A DNA stretch of 50,409 nucleotides from Catajapyx aquilonaris (GCA_000934665.2 JYFJ02001142.1:124001-174409), one strand, 5' to 3'. Counted from the first letter of the stretch, positions 1 to 15,650 are shown. The notes: a model not told the origin generated them from the letters alone. Translations and numbers: made by a program.

Positions 1-2919
1 GGAAGAGGGTGTACGTGTATGTCGTCTCACGATTTTCCCTCTTATCTCTCTAATAGCCTTTATCCCCAGGTGGGACGGAACCGACCTTATAGCGCAAAAT
101 GTATCAGGGTTTTAGCAGGTGCTGGTTGCCCCTCCCCCGATGGTTCCCAAGCAGGCGGCGAGACGCCACCGCCCCTAATGTGTAAAATGATCGATTCCGA
201 AACCTAGTTTCCCTTGCCTGCCTTGTTGTGACAGCTTTCGCGCCTTTCCAACTTCGGTATTTAATTATTTCACACTGAGCGTGCAGGAAGTCGAAGGAAA
301 AGGCATCCCCTAAAGTGGTAAGAAGACACCGTTGACAGGCTAAAGCATTCACTTCATTTTTTTCTTTCTCTCGTTTCCAGTTTCTACGGATCCCCATAGT
401 CGTGTCACTAGGACAGCTGTGTCTGGAGGGCGAATTTCAGGGCGATGCAAGAAGGCGATTGCGAGACCCCCTTGCCCGCCCCCTTGTCCCCCAACCATCC
501 CCCCGAAAAAAGTGCGGCTCACGCAAGGAAAGATGGCGCCGCACGCAGAAACACAAACTACTCCCTCTAATTCACGTTTATCTGTCCCTCAGGCAACTCC
601 CTATCCTAGAGGAATTGCCATTTTCATCGCATACTGCACGCTCGATCCCGTTTTTGCCGCAGACATCTTTCTTTCCGTCGGCCATATAAATATAGGACGC
701 GTCGGTTATAATGCCATTCGTATGCATCGCGGTGCTTCGGCATGCAAATCAATCCTCCAACCGTTTTAACTGTGCGGATAGGTCTGTGTACCGTGGATCC
801 TGCTCTTTCTCTCCTTATGCGGGCTATGGTATAACCGCACAAAGTCCATCACGTCATCAAACAGAGCAAAGTGGTTTATCTGGTATTTGCATCTGCGGGA
901 GAATGTAACGCGGCTCAAAGGTCGGACACCCATTACTCCGATGAAAACACTTTAACCAGATGGATCTTATAGCAGCACACCCGTACTACACCGCTGCAAG
1001 ACAAGGCTTGGGAACCTATACACCGCTTATGATAAACCCTTCCACTGATTCAATTATACATGCGCCAGACTGATGGGGAGCTCCGAAGCTCAGAGTGGCA
1101 TTTGATGAGCGGAGATGAATAATTTCTGGGCGAGCCGTCCCTTTTCCATCGATATCAGAAAAGAGGCTATATATTCCCGCAGCAGCAGGAAGGCGCGTCT
1201 CGGATGAGGCATGCCAGGAGGCGGTGGCAGGATTTGCATGCTCAGGAGATGCGGGGGTCCCAGCCGGAAAAAAAACCCTGCTCGTTATCAGTTGGCGTTG
1301 ATCTGTTAAGTCGCCGTACACATGAGACCAGCATAGCAACATGCGTGCCCCGTATCCGATGGCGTGTGCCACCCAACTTCTTCGGACCCGCATTGCACCC
1401 TTCTCGCTATGTTTTTATTTTTATTTTTATTCTTAAACACCCCCCTTTCCGTGCCCTAGAACTTGCTTGCTCTATACCTACTAATACCCTTCCTAGCAAA
1501 CATTGCTGTCCTCCCCCCCTAATTACTCCATTTATTCGCGTGCAGCACATCCAAGACGGGGGAGTAGGTTAGGGGGGAAGAGAAGATAAGAAAATGCCAT
1601 TTCTAGGCAAAGACCGCCAGGCAATTCCAACCTCCAGTGCAAAACTGACGAGATTTTTTCTTTTAAAGAAAATTATTATTCCCAACAAGTGCAGCACCAG
1701 GGTTAGCGGGAGTTTGCGTTCGTCACTTCGGGAGTTGCCAAACAATATTTTTTCAAGCCGGGTTGACGCCCACAGAGCAGCTGCGGCGCACACTTGCAGC
1801 ACATGCTAATTCCATTATTTACTGCTATGAAATTTCCAGCCCTGAAATTTCAACCGCAACGTGACAACTTTTACACCGCAGTCCTTGTGTGAAGAACTAA
1901 CAGGACACTCGGCACCAGCATGCTATGACATTGTCAAAATGCAAGGCATATTCATGCTGCCTCTGATGGAACCCTAGAACGCACTGTTTCCGGGCCCGCA
2001 CTACTTGCGTAAACATAATTGTATCCGATAATCATTATTGCGCCATAGACTCGTTCACCTGGTGCTGCCGAGGCTTTAAAAATGTGCATAACGCCCATAA
2101 AAGCAGATTTGCCAACGCCACTAATTACACGGTAATTTAGAAGGTATTGCATATCAATAACTTCCCAGAATTTTACATAATGAATATACAGGACATAAAT
2201 TGCGAAACCAATTTGCCACAAAGCAAGATTTACTTCCGCAGAGGAATACCGAGAATCTAGAGCCTTCCCAAAAACACCACGTAATTTCTGCTGCATTTTT
2301 ACTGTGACACAAACTGCTGGGATTAAATATTAACTGCCGCGACTTTATAGTACCCTGTACTTTGTGCCATTGGATGTCATGGAACAGAATTGCCTTCGAT
2401 GTACAATATAACGTCTTAACCGCTGGCATCAAAATTTCATCCCCAGCTCTTTCTGCTCTGTGACTAGATGTCACCGGCAGCAGATTGACACTGCGTGACA
2501 TACGCAAAGAGACAAAGGATCGCAGCATTTCACCACCAAAAACCACTCTCTCTCTCCCCTCTCTCTTATGCCGCTCAGCTGCAATCAAATCTGCACATTT
2601 CCAGCTTGTTGGCCGCAAAAGGAATTCCTCTCTTCCCCACAATCCTGCAAAAATGGATGCTCGGCGAATGGGACGGGCTGAGCCGTGCGTGCGTGCGGTC
2701 CCGTACAACAAGGACCGCCGGGGAGTGTCGACGATGGGGAATTCTGCAGATGAATTGAAGAATGCGCCAGCTGGCGGTACCAATAATACCGAGTTAATGA
2801 GGGGCGTAGTCGAGCTTCGAGTTTGCGTATGACGGAAATGAGGACCCAGCTAGGCTCTATTCAGGTGCAGAATGTGTAGTGAGATGATGTCTGAGAAGGG
2901 AACCAATGCCAGCCAGCAT

Positions 2920-2924
<5 letters not shown>

Positions 2925-2964
<40 letters not shown>
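2925..2964. repeat. (CT)20 microsatellite
   Basis: Read directly from the sequence. Confidence 0.97.
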
Positions 2965-2968
<4 letters not shown>

Positions 2969-5900
2969 GCGGATCGATGCTTTTGCAAACTGCGTAGCGG
3001 ACCAAGCTGAAATGGGGGGCCCGGACTGACGCCATCTGCCCAGCCTCCCACCTCATTTACACCTCTCTCTTCCTCCCCAGCCTCCTACCTTCCATTCCCA
3101 TCCCGACCTTTTATGAAAATTAAGCACCCCACTCGCTCTGACAATCCACTTTTTTCCCCTTTCCAATTTTGCCACATATTCGTTCAAAGGTGGGTCCCAA
3201 CCCCGTTTATATCCTGTCGCCTTGGCACAACAACATCAAAGATTCACCTATAACACCAACTCAATTCGCAGTAATTTAATAATTTATCGCTAAATCGGAC
3301 ATGATTTTTTTAAATTGCAATTTTATACGCTATATGGTCAATCGGGAGGCTACACATGTCGAGGCCCTACCATTTTCTACGGGTATACACATGAACCTGT
3401 CGGCATCCAGCACCTCATCAGCACCGTGAATCAAATCGGCCAGTGCCGGCAGTGCACTGTCCCATTATGTGTCCAACACGAGTAAGCAGTTCGGCCAGTA
3501 GTATCGTTAAAATTCCTGCCTTCAGCGCTCTTGTGCCACACAATTTCGCCACTCTGCACCATGTCATGCTACCGGCAGACAAAGAGATCAATTTTCACCT
3601 CTTGTGCCCCGAACTGCAATAGCAACCGTGCATGGCGAATGCCGCATCCTTTAATCCCCCGCCATAAATTCATCACGGAGGGCTGACTAATTCGCTGCAC
3701 ATTTACGAATTAAAAAAAAAACACCGCATAAAAGTTTGTTGCACGCCCTAAAAATTTAAAAAAAAGTAGCCCGCCAGCCCTGAAGTCGACAGCGGAAACA
3801 AATGTGCGAAATTGCCTGGCGCGATTTGGGTTGAGACGAGGACGATGGACGTGCGAAAAATATCTGAGGAATGGTTTGAACAGCTGCTGCACCCTCTGAT
3901 ATAATTTTTTTTTCACTTCCTTTCAGCTCCTTCCATCCATCCAAAAAATTTCCATTACAGAAAAGCAAGGGGGGTGAGTTTGAAAGGGGTCTGGGTTGAG
4001 TGTGCCGCAGAGAAAGCGCGCAATCCAGAGGTTGGAAAGGGAATACGGAGGGAGGAGGGGAGTTTGAGGGAAGTTGCACACACAAGAGTGGCATCCTCTC
4101 CTGGCCGCAACCTAATCATCTCCTCCTCCCTTCATTTCCCCCTCCTCCATCCGACCCTCCTTTGATTTCCTCTCCAGCACACCTCCACCGACGCGACGGT
4201 GGTATTGGAAAAATATACATCCCCCCGCCTCCTCAGCAAGGGGGCTGACTCCTATAATCTTCACTCCAGGGGTCTGGAGATGCCACGGCACTTCTTTCCT
4301 CAGCATCTCTTAGCAAGAAATAACCTCGCGATATGGTGCCTCTACCATTATAAAATAATTCAAAATGTTCGCTAAACTCGGCGCAAACGTGGGCATTAAC
4401 AGCGACGTAATCCTCTCAAATTAATACCGGTGTGACGTGCAATACTGTATGCAGCAGGGTGCGTTCTAAAAGTCAAGGAATGCTGAGCATGCTTACGCGT
4501 TGACATTTAGGCTTGGAAAAAGGCCGCAAAGGAGCGTGTCATGCGTGCAGGAAAACTCTCCTGTTGCCGGGTCGCACGGAAGAGACCAAGCTTCTTGCTG
4601 TGACGTCCGGCGGAATTTTATGGCTGCCGCAAAGCTATCCATTTTCACGAACGTCATAATACTATATCAGATAACTCTCGACACACATCTTTCCGTTACT
4701 GAGCTGTGCGGGCACGGCCAGATAAGCGTAGTAACCACCTACAATGTGTTCTTGCATTCCGACACGTTTAGTGCCTCCAGCAAGCTGATCAAATCGTAAC
4801 CGAGTTTGAATTCGCCAACAGGGACGTAGTGCTGCTCGTTGCCGAGCTATTAATATTTCGTCGCAAACCCGCAGCACATTCATACGCATTCACTTACCGC
4901 ACCTTGACGGGGACCTGTAACATAAATACCTAAATGGTGAAATGCCACGCATACTGTAGTGTTATTGAGCTCCCGGGCACACACGTATGTTTATTAGTAT
5001 TCTATAGGCAAAGTTGTGTGTGTGCGCATTTTCCGAAATACCTATAAGAAAAATATGCACATTACTATGACATCCTGCTTGGAATACCACGCCAATAAAA
5101 GCTAACTCAACATTTCCATCACCAAAACTTCCTCGTGCTCCCCTGATAATTTCAGTCACTTCAATTTCGCTTTCCTTTCCCAATGTGACAATCGGTCAAA
5201 AGCAATGAATAAATTTAAAAGCGAAAATCGAAATATCCTAAATGTAACCAGCGCAAATGTACAAAGACCACTCAGATACATGTAACACGTGAGCCAGTCA
5301 ACCGTTCGCAAACATATCTGCGAACTGATAAGTTCATATATTCAAGTAAAGTATGAGAACAAATCCCCATGTCGCATCTACTACTGTTCTATTTGGTTCA
5401 CATCTGACTGGTTTTGGAGAGCAGGCAGATATTCCATATGGCCCCTGCACAGACCTTATTGAGTACAACTGTTTATGTGCAGTTTACTGACTCACTTTCA
5501 TCTGAGTGTACGTTGCAATTTGGCAACAGTGCAAGGCAGTCTCATGTATGAAAATTATTCATCTATACAGCTAGTTCTTTGCGAGTTATTGTGTGCTGCA
5601 AAATAAGTAATAGACTCCGTGCAGTACCAGCCAAGTGAGAAACCTCGAATGCACTTACAAAATTCAACACATCACACCACACCGTACATCAGGGCGCACA
5701 AGGTTACATACTGTACTGTTATGGCACCAAATAGTTTCCGGATATTTCACCGGCGATAAAGAAGACGGACAGAGAAAACAATGGCCAAAAACGCCACTTG
5801 ATATCCATCGTCGCACACTCGACTTTTGTAAAGCAAACAGCCCTCCTCTTCTAACGTGCTCGGCTCAAGTTGCGGCAAATGACCTCCAGCTCTTTCTGAA

Positions 5901-8900
5901 CCGTGCCATGTGCTGGCTTTTGGTCCGCCGAGCCTCATACATTTTTGGCATGGTAAACGATGCCAAAGCGGCCTACATAACTAACATAAAAACCTGGAAG
6001 TTTTCCGAGTTTCCTCACATGACACTCCCAGTCTGACGCGACACACGGCCCAAGTACGTACCCTCATCTGCGTGTGTATGAAGTACACTATACACACCCC
6101 CACATATTTCACAAACCTTTTACGTATACCGCCATTCCATTTTCCCCTTAAATCGTCACGACACCTCGCACTAATGGTCCAGATAGGCATATCGGCCTAA
6201 CCTTCCGACAGCGCCACCACCTCATACTTTTAATACAGTAATCATCTTTTTTAATAGCCTGCTCTAGGCTAACCCCTAACTCTTTCCCGTGGCCTGAAAT
6301 GATACAATCAACGCCTCCACTCTCCCCTGATTGTGCTTAAATGAAGATTGTGTTTTTAGCCCAGCCCTATAATTATCAGCTGAGGTACAGACAAGGCGGG
6401 CACGTGCTCCACTTGCTCAACTAAATTTTCCGCAAGTGCGCCAGAAGATGCGGCGGGACCTGACTTAATTTCATGGCACGAGGGCTGTACTCTAATTGCT
6501 AGGGAATCCCTTTTTGATTGCTAGGAAGGAAGGTGCGAGTGGAATGACCTAAAACCAAAGTTTACCAGGCTGCAATTCCCACGACAGCACCTCCAATTTT
6601 TTTTTTGCTCTCTCCTTCTCACCCTTTTCCCTCTCCTCTTCCCAACCCCACCTTTCGCCTCTTCTTTCCTCCACTCTGAGTTGATCGAGTCGGAAATTGA
6701 AATGAGTAGCAGAATGGGGCACGGGCAGCGACGCTCTAATTTCGGAAATGAGTACTTCAATTAGATCAAGGTGGAAACAAGAGCCCAATTGGGCTCTCTC
6801 CCGACCCCCTACACTGGTATTCTTGTCTCCTCGGCCGTTGCAAATACGCTATACGCGCACACAATAGGCACATCTCGTGCGGTTTACAGGCCACTATGCT
6901 GCATTGCGTGGGTACTTTGCAACTCGATTTTCCACCTGACAAACGCTCTATTTTTTTCACCGCCGCTATACTCTCGCGTATTTTCAAACGCACCACTGTT
7001 CATTAAAAGGGAGGATTATCTGTACTATATAGCCTACAACCAGAGCTAAAACTATTCGCAAAATAACAACGTGGTCCTACTACTGCTATACGCATACATT
7101 TGAGGCCGTGCTAATAATCTGCAGTCATCACAATGCCGCAAAACAATAGCTCGTGGCGACTCGCGATTTCCTGATAAATTAAAAGCCCATGCTGTGTCCC
7201 CGATGGGCAATCTTCCTATAACTATAAAGCCAACAAAGCTCGTCGTCCAATTATCGGGGGCGGTCCCCATGCGTTCTATGCTACCCTGATATCAGTTTTC
7301 ACAGTGACAACCGATAATTAGATACACATCCCCGTTCGGTAAGTTTATACATCCGATTCGCAGAATTTCCCCCCAGAAACGCAGCCTTTCACGCCGGATA
7401 TAGATATTATATATACCTTTCCGGAGAACGAGCTGCGTATATAGGTATCTCCGTGCCCGGGAGAGAGATCGTCATGACAACCTGCACACTCGTCTGGCAC
7501 GGGTCTCCTTAAATCAGGGCAAAACTAGAGTATATACGCACAAAGCCCGCTACTTTTTAAGCTGATTAAACTTCTCAAACTTGCTGACTCTTTGTTGTGG
7601 AATGAAATTGGAGTGTATGAAAACTTGTGGTATTGAATACTTATGCTCATTAATTGCAAAAGGTTGGCAGGGTTTTTTCAAAAATCATTTTTCGCTCGAG
7701 CAGGTTGAAGTTCCATCCGGATGCGGCGGAAGGCCTTTCACACAAAGGGTCAAAGATGTCATCACGTATTCTGCTTCCTAAAAGTCAGTCGTGTGGAATC
7801 CATTGGGGCTGAGGGCTACCTCTAAACTTTCAATCCTACAACCAATACGAAGTGAAATCGCCCAGTAACATTTCGCCCCCTATAGGATGATATGGAAGGA
7901 AAAATGCTCTCAGCGACCGCCAAGCAAGGCTTTAGAAAAGCTCAACCGGTTTCATTTTGACCAACGCGACTATCATTATATAACTTCCATTGGTCTCCCC
8001 AGCAAAATGGGATCCCAGGTTCATATCCGCAGTCAACAATTTCCCGCGAAGGGGCTTTTAGCGGGCGATTCATGTATAATAAATATGCTCTGGAATACCC
8101 GTGGCGAAATTGACCGCTACAGTCAATACTTGCCTATTCAATCAAAAGGGCTTTAGATATAATCTGATAGAGCCCCAGAAAAAATTGTATCCAGTACCTA
8201 GTAAAAGGCATAACCCTGCACTTCAAACAAACTGCCTTTTTCGGTGGCCCTTTTGAGCTTCATGCGACAGAGGATACTTTTTTGTTGCCCCTCCGTAGTT
8301 TCCATCAAAATCAGTTATTGCACGGAAACAGCAAATATTTGATTGCCCTCCCTGCCAAAGCACGGCCTACTGCGCCGAGTAAACAAGATATGACATCATA
8401 GGTCAGTTAATATCGTGTCATTGTACCTCATCCGAACAGTGTGCCCCATGGTTCATTCTGCCTGCGCCTTGCGCGAGATTAAGAAGTAGTACAGGTTCCT
8501 CATTGATCTATTCAGCTCACTTCTGATTAAGCAAAGGCCCAGCAAAAAGGGTCTTTGACGGAGCTCCAGAAAAGCAGCCCACTGTGCAGCATATTAAATC
8601 AGGGGTAAAGTTCTACATGCGTTCCTTTCGGGTCGAATGCCTGACTGCCTGCCTGCCTACCTAGCTGCTTGTCTGCAGAAATTACGCCGACATCGGTTGC
8701 TACACCGTATACCATATACAGCGATTATACACCATGGCAAACTTAATAAGTGTGCAAAATTATGCCAAGTATTCGCTTTGCAACCGAAAAGCAGGTGCGC
8801 ACAGCCTTTAGACTGGCTTAGCAGCTCTTCCTGGAGAAATAGGCCAGGAGGAGGAGCGACGGCCATAAATTTATAATCGTCGCTCAATGCATTTCCTTTG

Positions 8901-11900
8901 TATTTTACATGGGGTCATAGCGCATGACAACTCGGACTCATAGCGCTCCCGTCTATGACTAGCTAGCCACATAAATTAAACAAGGCTGCCAACGTTATTG
9001 CTCCGCACCCCTGCATAAGACCTGCCTCCAAATTGTGCCCTTACCCGCGCCTACCCACCCCCGTGATTGAAGGTTGCACTTGTATTCCGGCAACGAGTGT
9101 CTGGCAATCAAAATTAATGCAATATCAGAGAGCAGCTGGGGGTGGTCGTGACACGCTTTTCCAACCTCCCCCCAGACCTAAACCCGCTCAATTTTCCATA
9201 TATGGGCCACCATAGGTCGATGCACCCCCCCCCCCCTTCCCATCCCTCGTCACCCCCTCAACCTTTCCACCCTCATCTCTCTATGCTTCCACATTGGTAT
9301 ATATAAACGTGCATGCGATTGATCCACTCGCCAATTGCGTTCCCTTCAGAAATAAAGGCACGGCCCTATGACCCATTTCGTGGCCCACAATTACATGCAT
9401 AAACATGCTCACGCGTTTCGATTTAGAGGTCACAATATCAAGGCATACATCATGTTTCCATATTAACAGTACAGCCATGAGCAAAATGAATAAAAGACAC
9501 AATCAGCATAATTAAATTGGGGCGTACGGCAGTAAGCAAACAGCACGAGTTCACATTCATGCCCAAATGGCATCGCAAATAACTGCAGTACTTGTAGGTA
9601 GCCTACAAGTTTAATATTTACAGCCTCTCGGCATATTTCTTCGGGGAAATGTCAAGTATTATTTGCACGGATACAATGAAAAAGTCGATGTCAGAAGATA
9701 TCCCGCAGATTTGCTGCTAGTGCTACTCAACAATTCTGCCAACCCGGTCTTTGATTTCGTATCCCCGTACGTTACCGTATACCTTATCCATAATTTCAAG
9801 CAATGTACTGTACGTGACTATATTTATACGTATTTTGGTAGTATTCGCTCAGGAATGAACAACGGAGTGACTGATCGGCTCACAAAATCACCAGCATTAC
9901 GCAGAAGTAGTATGCCCTTAATGAAAAATGTATTACTAATAATTGGAAATGAAAGAGGAAAGTAATATACATAACAAATAAATGCTGGTTTGGGCATTTT
10001 GCTCTTCAAAATTGCGGGGAATGCGCCCCATTTTCCTTACAGGCAATTGGAATCTCATTACCCGATCAAGACATGGGGCACAGTGAAATTACACACATAC
10101 CTTTTATTAAAAGTCCTCTTGCTTGATGACGCTGACGTCTCGTAGGTATCACATGTGCGTTGGTCATTTTTCTTTTCTTGTTTGCAGACACATACGCGCA
10201 TATAACACCGTGTGTATACAATTCCACCAGATGTGGAATATTAACTTACGCTATACATGATACTTCTGTTGTCTAAAAATACCTTCCAGGCAACCATACA
10301 GACTTTTCATGCTACAGGCAATACACTGTGCATAAATATATAATTTACACAAGAATCACGCGACGGAATGAAGCAGAACTCTCCGGGATGACGTCACGTA
10401 CCTCACACCAAAAAGCAGCATCAAAATTCGGAATCACCAGCAGCTATGCCTGCAGCGACCGCCCCTCGCTTTTGCCAATGGTATCCAGATATCCCCAGTC
10501 CAGCAGCAACCCTCGCTTCCGCGCAACCAAGATTACAGGGGCTTTAACTTATATCCTACATCCGCCCCCAATAACTGCCAACTCCTCTCAACACGAGTTG
10601 AGACTGCTTCTACACCCGATTTTCCACTGGCTTCAACTGTCTGACACTACTCCCTCATCCCCACTCCGTATACGAAGTATTGAAACCAAATGAAGCTAAA
10701 TATTTTCTGGACACTTCTAAGTATACCGTGCCAGGAAATCCGCTACCCTTTGATAGATACTCCCACGTGACGTCATCCGGTGCACTCATTTGCTCTGCGA
10801 TCACCTCTCAGCCAACAGTTCCCTCATCAAGAACATAACATTGACTTATGCATGGGAAAGCATTTCCAAACTCGGAACCGTTTTGCTTGGGAAGATGCCA
10901 CGGACTGATATCGGCTCTCGTATACCTTCTATCGATTCCTCCACCCCCCAAAAAAGAAAATTTCTCTTGCAAAATACATGCCCACATGCTCTTTTTTTTT
11001 GTATGCCCCCTTTTTCCCCTTCTGTGCAGGAATGGGAAAACGTTGCCATGCCTTTGAACATTCAGGAGGGGTCCCTTGCGAATATTTTACTCTCTGCAGG
11101 CAAAAATAAAAAGCAAATCCCGCTCTTCCTCTGACACCCCCCAGCCTGACAGCATAATCTCTGCGCAAAAGAGCAGTGTCCGAATGGATGCATAAGTGTC
11201 AGGATGGCAATCCTACAAGAAAAGCTGGTGGGAGGCCCTGAGCCGTCGCTGCCATCGATCATCACCGCATCCCTCGTCAAAGGAAAGGATGTCGAGGTAC
11301 AAGTGGGACAAAGTGCCTTCTCTTTTGTCCCAACCTCTCTCTGCTCAGACTGAATCAGCAGCAAGCTTCCATGCTCGCAAATAATCTCTTTCTCTCAGCC
11401 TTTCTTCCCAAATCGCCTGCATCTCTCCCTCTCGTTTGCGAGCGCATGAATTCAGCTCCGCAGAGACCATTACTCCCGAGAAAAGACGTCATAGCTATCC
11501 TGCTGGAACGAACCCTACGTCAGAGTCGACCGAATTCTCCGACCATACCGGAGCCAGGGCACAAAAAACGGCATGGTAAAAAAAAAAGCAGGTCTGCTAA
11601 GCCCAATGTTCCAACAAATGAAAATGTTTGTACGCGCCGTACCTCTGTGCGGTTTAACACCGAACAATTTCATTGAAGTGTCCTATTTATGCAGTTCTAT
11701 CAATCTGCATTGTAAGCACACAGATTCATGAATTTCGCTGCGCGCACAATAGTTCAATTAATCGTGTTCACATCCGACCGAGTTTATGAACACCGATTCA
11801 AAATGCAGTTGTGTGTCCGTGAGAAAATGCGCCAACGTGCTTGTACTATATATGGGCAGGAACAATGAAAAACCATCACTCTTCACGTGCGATAACTCGG

Positions 11901-12575
11901 CAGCTATTGCACCCTGAGCTGTCCGACGTTTGACTTGGCCGACCTTAATATATTGGCACCCTGTGAAGTATGTCATGCCATCCTTCGCGGTAATATCGCA
12001 GTTTCTCGCCTCATTTGGTACGTAAGGAGACGGGTTTGACCTCTTCGTGCCAGCATGGGATATTCGGGTGACAGTTGGCTTTTTCTTTTGACATTGCATT
12101 TTAAAGTTGGGGTGCTAAATCTCACCCTGCAGTCGACAGCGGATGATAAGGTGGTTTTACTTCAGCCGGCAGGTGGACAGGATAATTTGTGGGAGGAGGT
12201 AATTTGTAACAGGGGATTGTCTCATCGCATTCTGCGTCATTGTTCAGGTTCGCTCTTTGGTCGTGAGGGGCATTGCGCTTCATGCGGCCTAATTAACGCC
12301 GTCATTGCAGCTCCCACAACCCTTTATTCCCGTTTGATTAATGAGGACGGACCGGGCGCACACAGGCTCAGGGCGCAATCCCCACAAATTCCATTCCTAC
12401 CAAAAACGAATGTCTTTACTCGCTGCCTACAAGACTCAAGATGAATGTTCTGAATCTGGTCTGTGACCAATTAAGTGCTCTATGACTCATCCTGCAACAT
12501 CACAGTGCAAATGAAGTAACTTTTGCGGTTCGACTGTGAACTGGCCTATACCAGGTGTAAGTAAAATGGCCTTAA

Positions 12576-13084
12576 AGGGACACTCCACTCAAAATACAAG
12601 TTGGTCTGTAAAAATCACGCAAAAAAATCCTGATTCCGGTGATACCATCCGTTTATCTCTGAGACGAACGGTAATGTCAGGGGAAGAGACGAAAGTCGGA
12701 AAAAATTCGAGGTCTGTTCGAGAGTGGCGCCGCCTGGCCACCTGGCCAAGTTAGGCGACGTTGGATAGTAGCGCCGCCCTTCCCAACGGCGACTTGGATA
12801 AGTTGCCTGCGGGTATGGCGTATGGGGATCCGTGGGGATCTGGTTGTGTCCGAAGCCAACTTCCCCTAGTGCCCGTTGGGAAGGGCGGCGCTCTATCCAA
12901 CGTCGCCTAACTTGGCCAGGTGGTCAGGCGGCGCCACTCTCGAACAGACTTCGAATTTTTTCCGACTTTCGTCTCTTCCCCTGACATTACCGTTCGTCTC
13001 CGAGATAAACGGATGGTATCGCCGGAATCAGGATTTCTTGCCTGATTTTTACAGATCAACTTGTATTTTGAGTGGAGTGTCCCT
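12576..13084. mobile_element. Non-autonomous DNA transposon (Kolobok/T2-type MITE), 509 bp
   Basis: ~215-bp near-perfect terminal inverted repeats (12576-12790 / 12871-13084) with AGGGA...TCCCT ends, flanked by TTAA at 12572-12575 and 13085-13088. Confidence 0.9.
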
Positions 13085-15585
13085 TTAAGGTTACAAGAGG
13101 GTGTTCCAAATGAATCGCATTCTAAATTGATCCCAGCTGGGCTCTTGAGTGCTATTACGGAGTTACTATATAATTTTTAAGGAAAGAAGAAAACTTCCAA
13201 TATTAGGTTGAATGGAATCTTCCTCGTTTTACCCTCTGCTGTAGGAGGTGGAGAGGGTTGTCGTTTCTTGGAGAAAATATAGGTTCGACCCTTATACTCC
13301 GGAAGCCAATGGCTCGGAGCTGGTCATTTCCAGTGTCAAACTTTCCTTTCAGTCCTTTCAGGCCTGGAATAAAGAAGCTTCCATTCTACCAGATGTTCCA
13401 AGCAATTGCTTCTCCTAAAAGTAACTGCTTAATAAAAAGCCACTATTTCCGAAAGTTTTACATCTTCCAGGGCAATTCAGTTTGAACCGGATTATAGATA
13501 CGCTGCCAAGTGCGTCGACACTATTTTTTCCTGATTACTAGCATAAATTTTATAGCTGTGTGCCCCTTTGTAACCCTATATAGGTGGACAACAAACATTA
13601 TGAGGCCTAGTTTATAAATGTCCCACGATATCCGCTCACAGGAAGCTTTTATCGCAATTTTTCCTCCTCCTTTCATGCTCTGATTAGGCACTTCCTCCCC
13701 ACCCTGTCATTTTATTCACACCCAGACGGTTTCGTCCACCTCTATACTCTCTGCAGTAATACCCGATTCTAACTTTCAACTGCTTACTGCAGAGTAAGGA
13801 CCCTGCTGCCATATTACCCAGCAGCTCTCCAGAATGTGCTCATCCAATCAGCACGCTCCCAAGAATTCAAGCATGAACTTGAAACCAATTTGTGCAGAAT
13901 AAATTTGCAATTGGTACAACTCCCAGTTCCCTCCTTTCTTTTCCCAAGCAAAAGCAGTGGCTGTGGGGGAGGAAGATGGACGCAGAAATGTGCAAATCCT
14001 CTCTGAGTGCCATGGAAATCCAAAACGGGACGAGCCCCGCTGCCTCTACAGTGGCTTTTGCAGCCATAATCTTGGCTCATTACTATACGACGGGTCGAAG
14101 GAAATGGCATCGGTTTCCAATAAATCGCTGTCGAAATGTGCGGCTAAGCCCTCGTAAGCCTGCTTCAAGTGCACATTTTATTCAAATGGTCGATTGGCAA
14201 AACAATCAGGAGCGTCACGTGCGTGTTCAACCGTTAGGCCAGACAGGCATTGATTCACCAAAAAATCTCCTTTCCTCCTGATGCGGATTTTCGCCAATTG
14301 CGTGCGTCGACTCGCATTTCGCCTGTCACTGCACTGTATAACAAGCAATTATGACCCGACTTTTCACCTCGCAATAGCGCCATAAGTACGAAATTCACGG
14401 AAAGGCTGCTCATGCTGCTTTCTTTTTCTCTCTCTCTCCGTTTTGTAAATTGAGCTTTACGAGCACACACGAAGCGAAATGTTTAGTTGGACGTTTTTTT
14501 TCTCCTCTGAGACTTCTGCCGGGGAGACTGAGAACGAAACATTCCCAGCAGGCAGGAAGGATCACAGGGCCCGAGTCGATATTGAACACCTCTGGTAAAA
14601 TATAGGTTGAGACATCGCTCTGCGGCCTCCAGTGGCAACCAGAAACATTTACAGCAAACAAGTCACATGTCGATTTACCGCCCCATCATTTACACCAGTG
14701 CATTTCTCACAGCTAAGTGTCAAGTTCGCGCAGTGAGAAGTGCTCATGAATATGAGGGTACATTGACACTGAAAGGCGGTGATCTGCCTCTGACTTCTTG
14801 CCACCTCCCAGATATTCCCCCCACCCCTGCTCCACACCTACCCACCAGTGGCACAGAGGCGTAATCGCGCATAAGGCACCACGATAATCGATGTCGTCAT
14901 CCATAATTAACCCCAGGTGTTCCGTATCCGCATTCCCTACCTGCAGTGTCGTCGTCCCCACATTAAAATCCTCCCAATAAATGTGGCAAAACTAAATGGC
15001 ACCCTTGCATGTTCTGAATATCTCCAGTATGATACAATATGTCACCTACCTTCCTCTACACGTGTAACAGATCCGACGCAATTTGTCAAAAAACCTCCGA
15101 TCCTATGTGATTTCTGTGGCTGGTAATATCACATGAATGTTTCATAGCTTCTGGGAATGTCAGTTACATGCCTAATATTCTGAATTATACTTATTATTAG
15201 AGCGTTAATTTCTCATATCCCTGCGGTCCAACACAAATTAACCATATAGTGCAGCGACAGCATAATATAATAATTACAAATCAGAGAAGCACAAAAACTT
15301 CAATATGGTGGATATTAATTACATTACAGCACTGTAATCGTCTAAATTATGCAATTAAAATTTCACCGCCTGCAATACTACAAATTAATTAACCGTTAAA
15401 TATTACTGATCTAAATGGCCTGTCGAGTTTATTCTGAACTATCCTGAATTTATCCTGCTGCCCAAGTACCGACACTGATTCCAAAAGGAACTCTTTGGGC
15501 ATAGATTACCCGGATTCCATATAATGACGAACCACTCTCCAGTAGAAACACTTCCGAGTCACAACACACAAGTATATACCATAAG

Positions 15586-15650
15586 CAGGGTGATTCAGTT
15601 AATCCCTCAGAATCCCTGCAGCAGTTGAATGGATTCACTGAATCATTCTT
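15586..15650. mobile_element. Degenerate CAGGGTG-ended mini-MITE
   Basis: CAGGGTGATTCAGTTAATCC is inverted against GGATTCACTGAATCATTCTT, which is followed by TA. Confidence 0.45.

Noticed and set aside
12548..12571. Possible mariner-MITE left end (ATACCAGGTGTAAGTAAAATGG) interrupted by the Kolobok-like element
   Set aside because: No matching right end was found nearby
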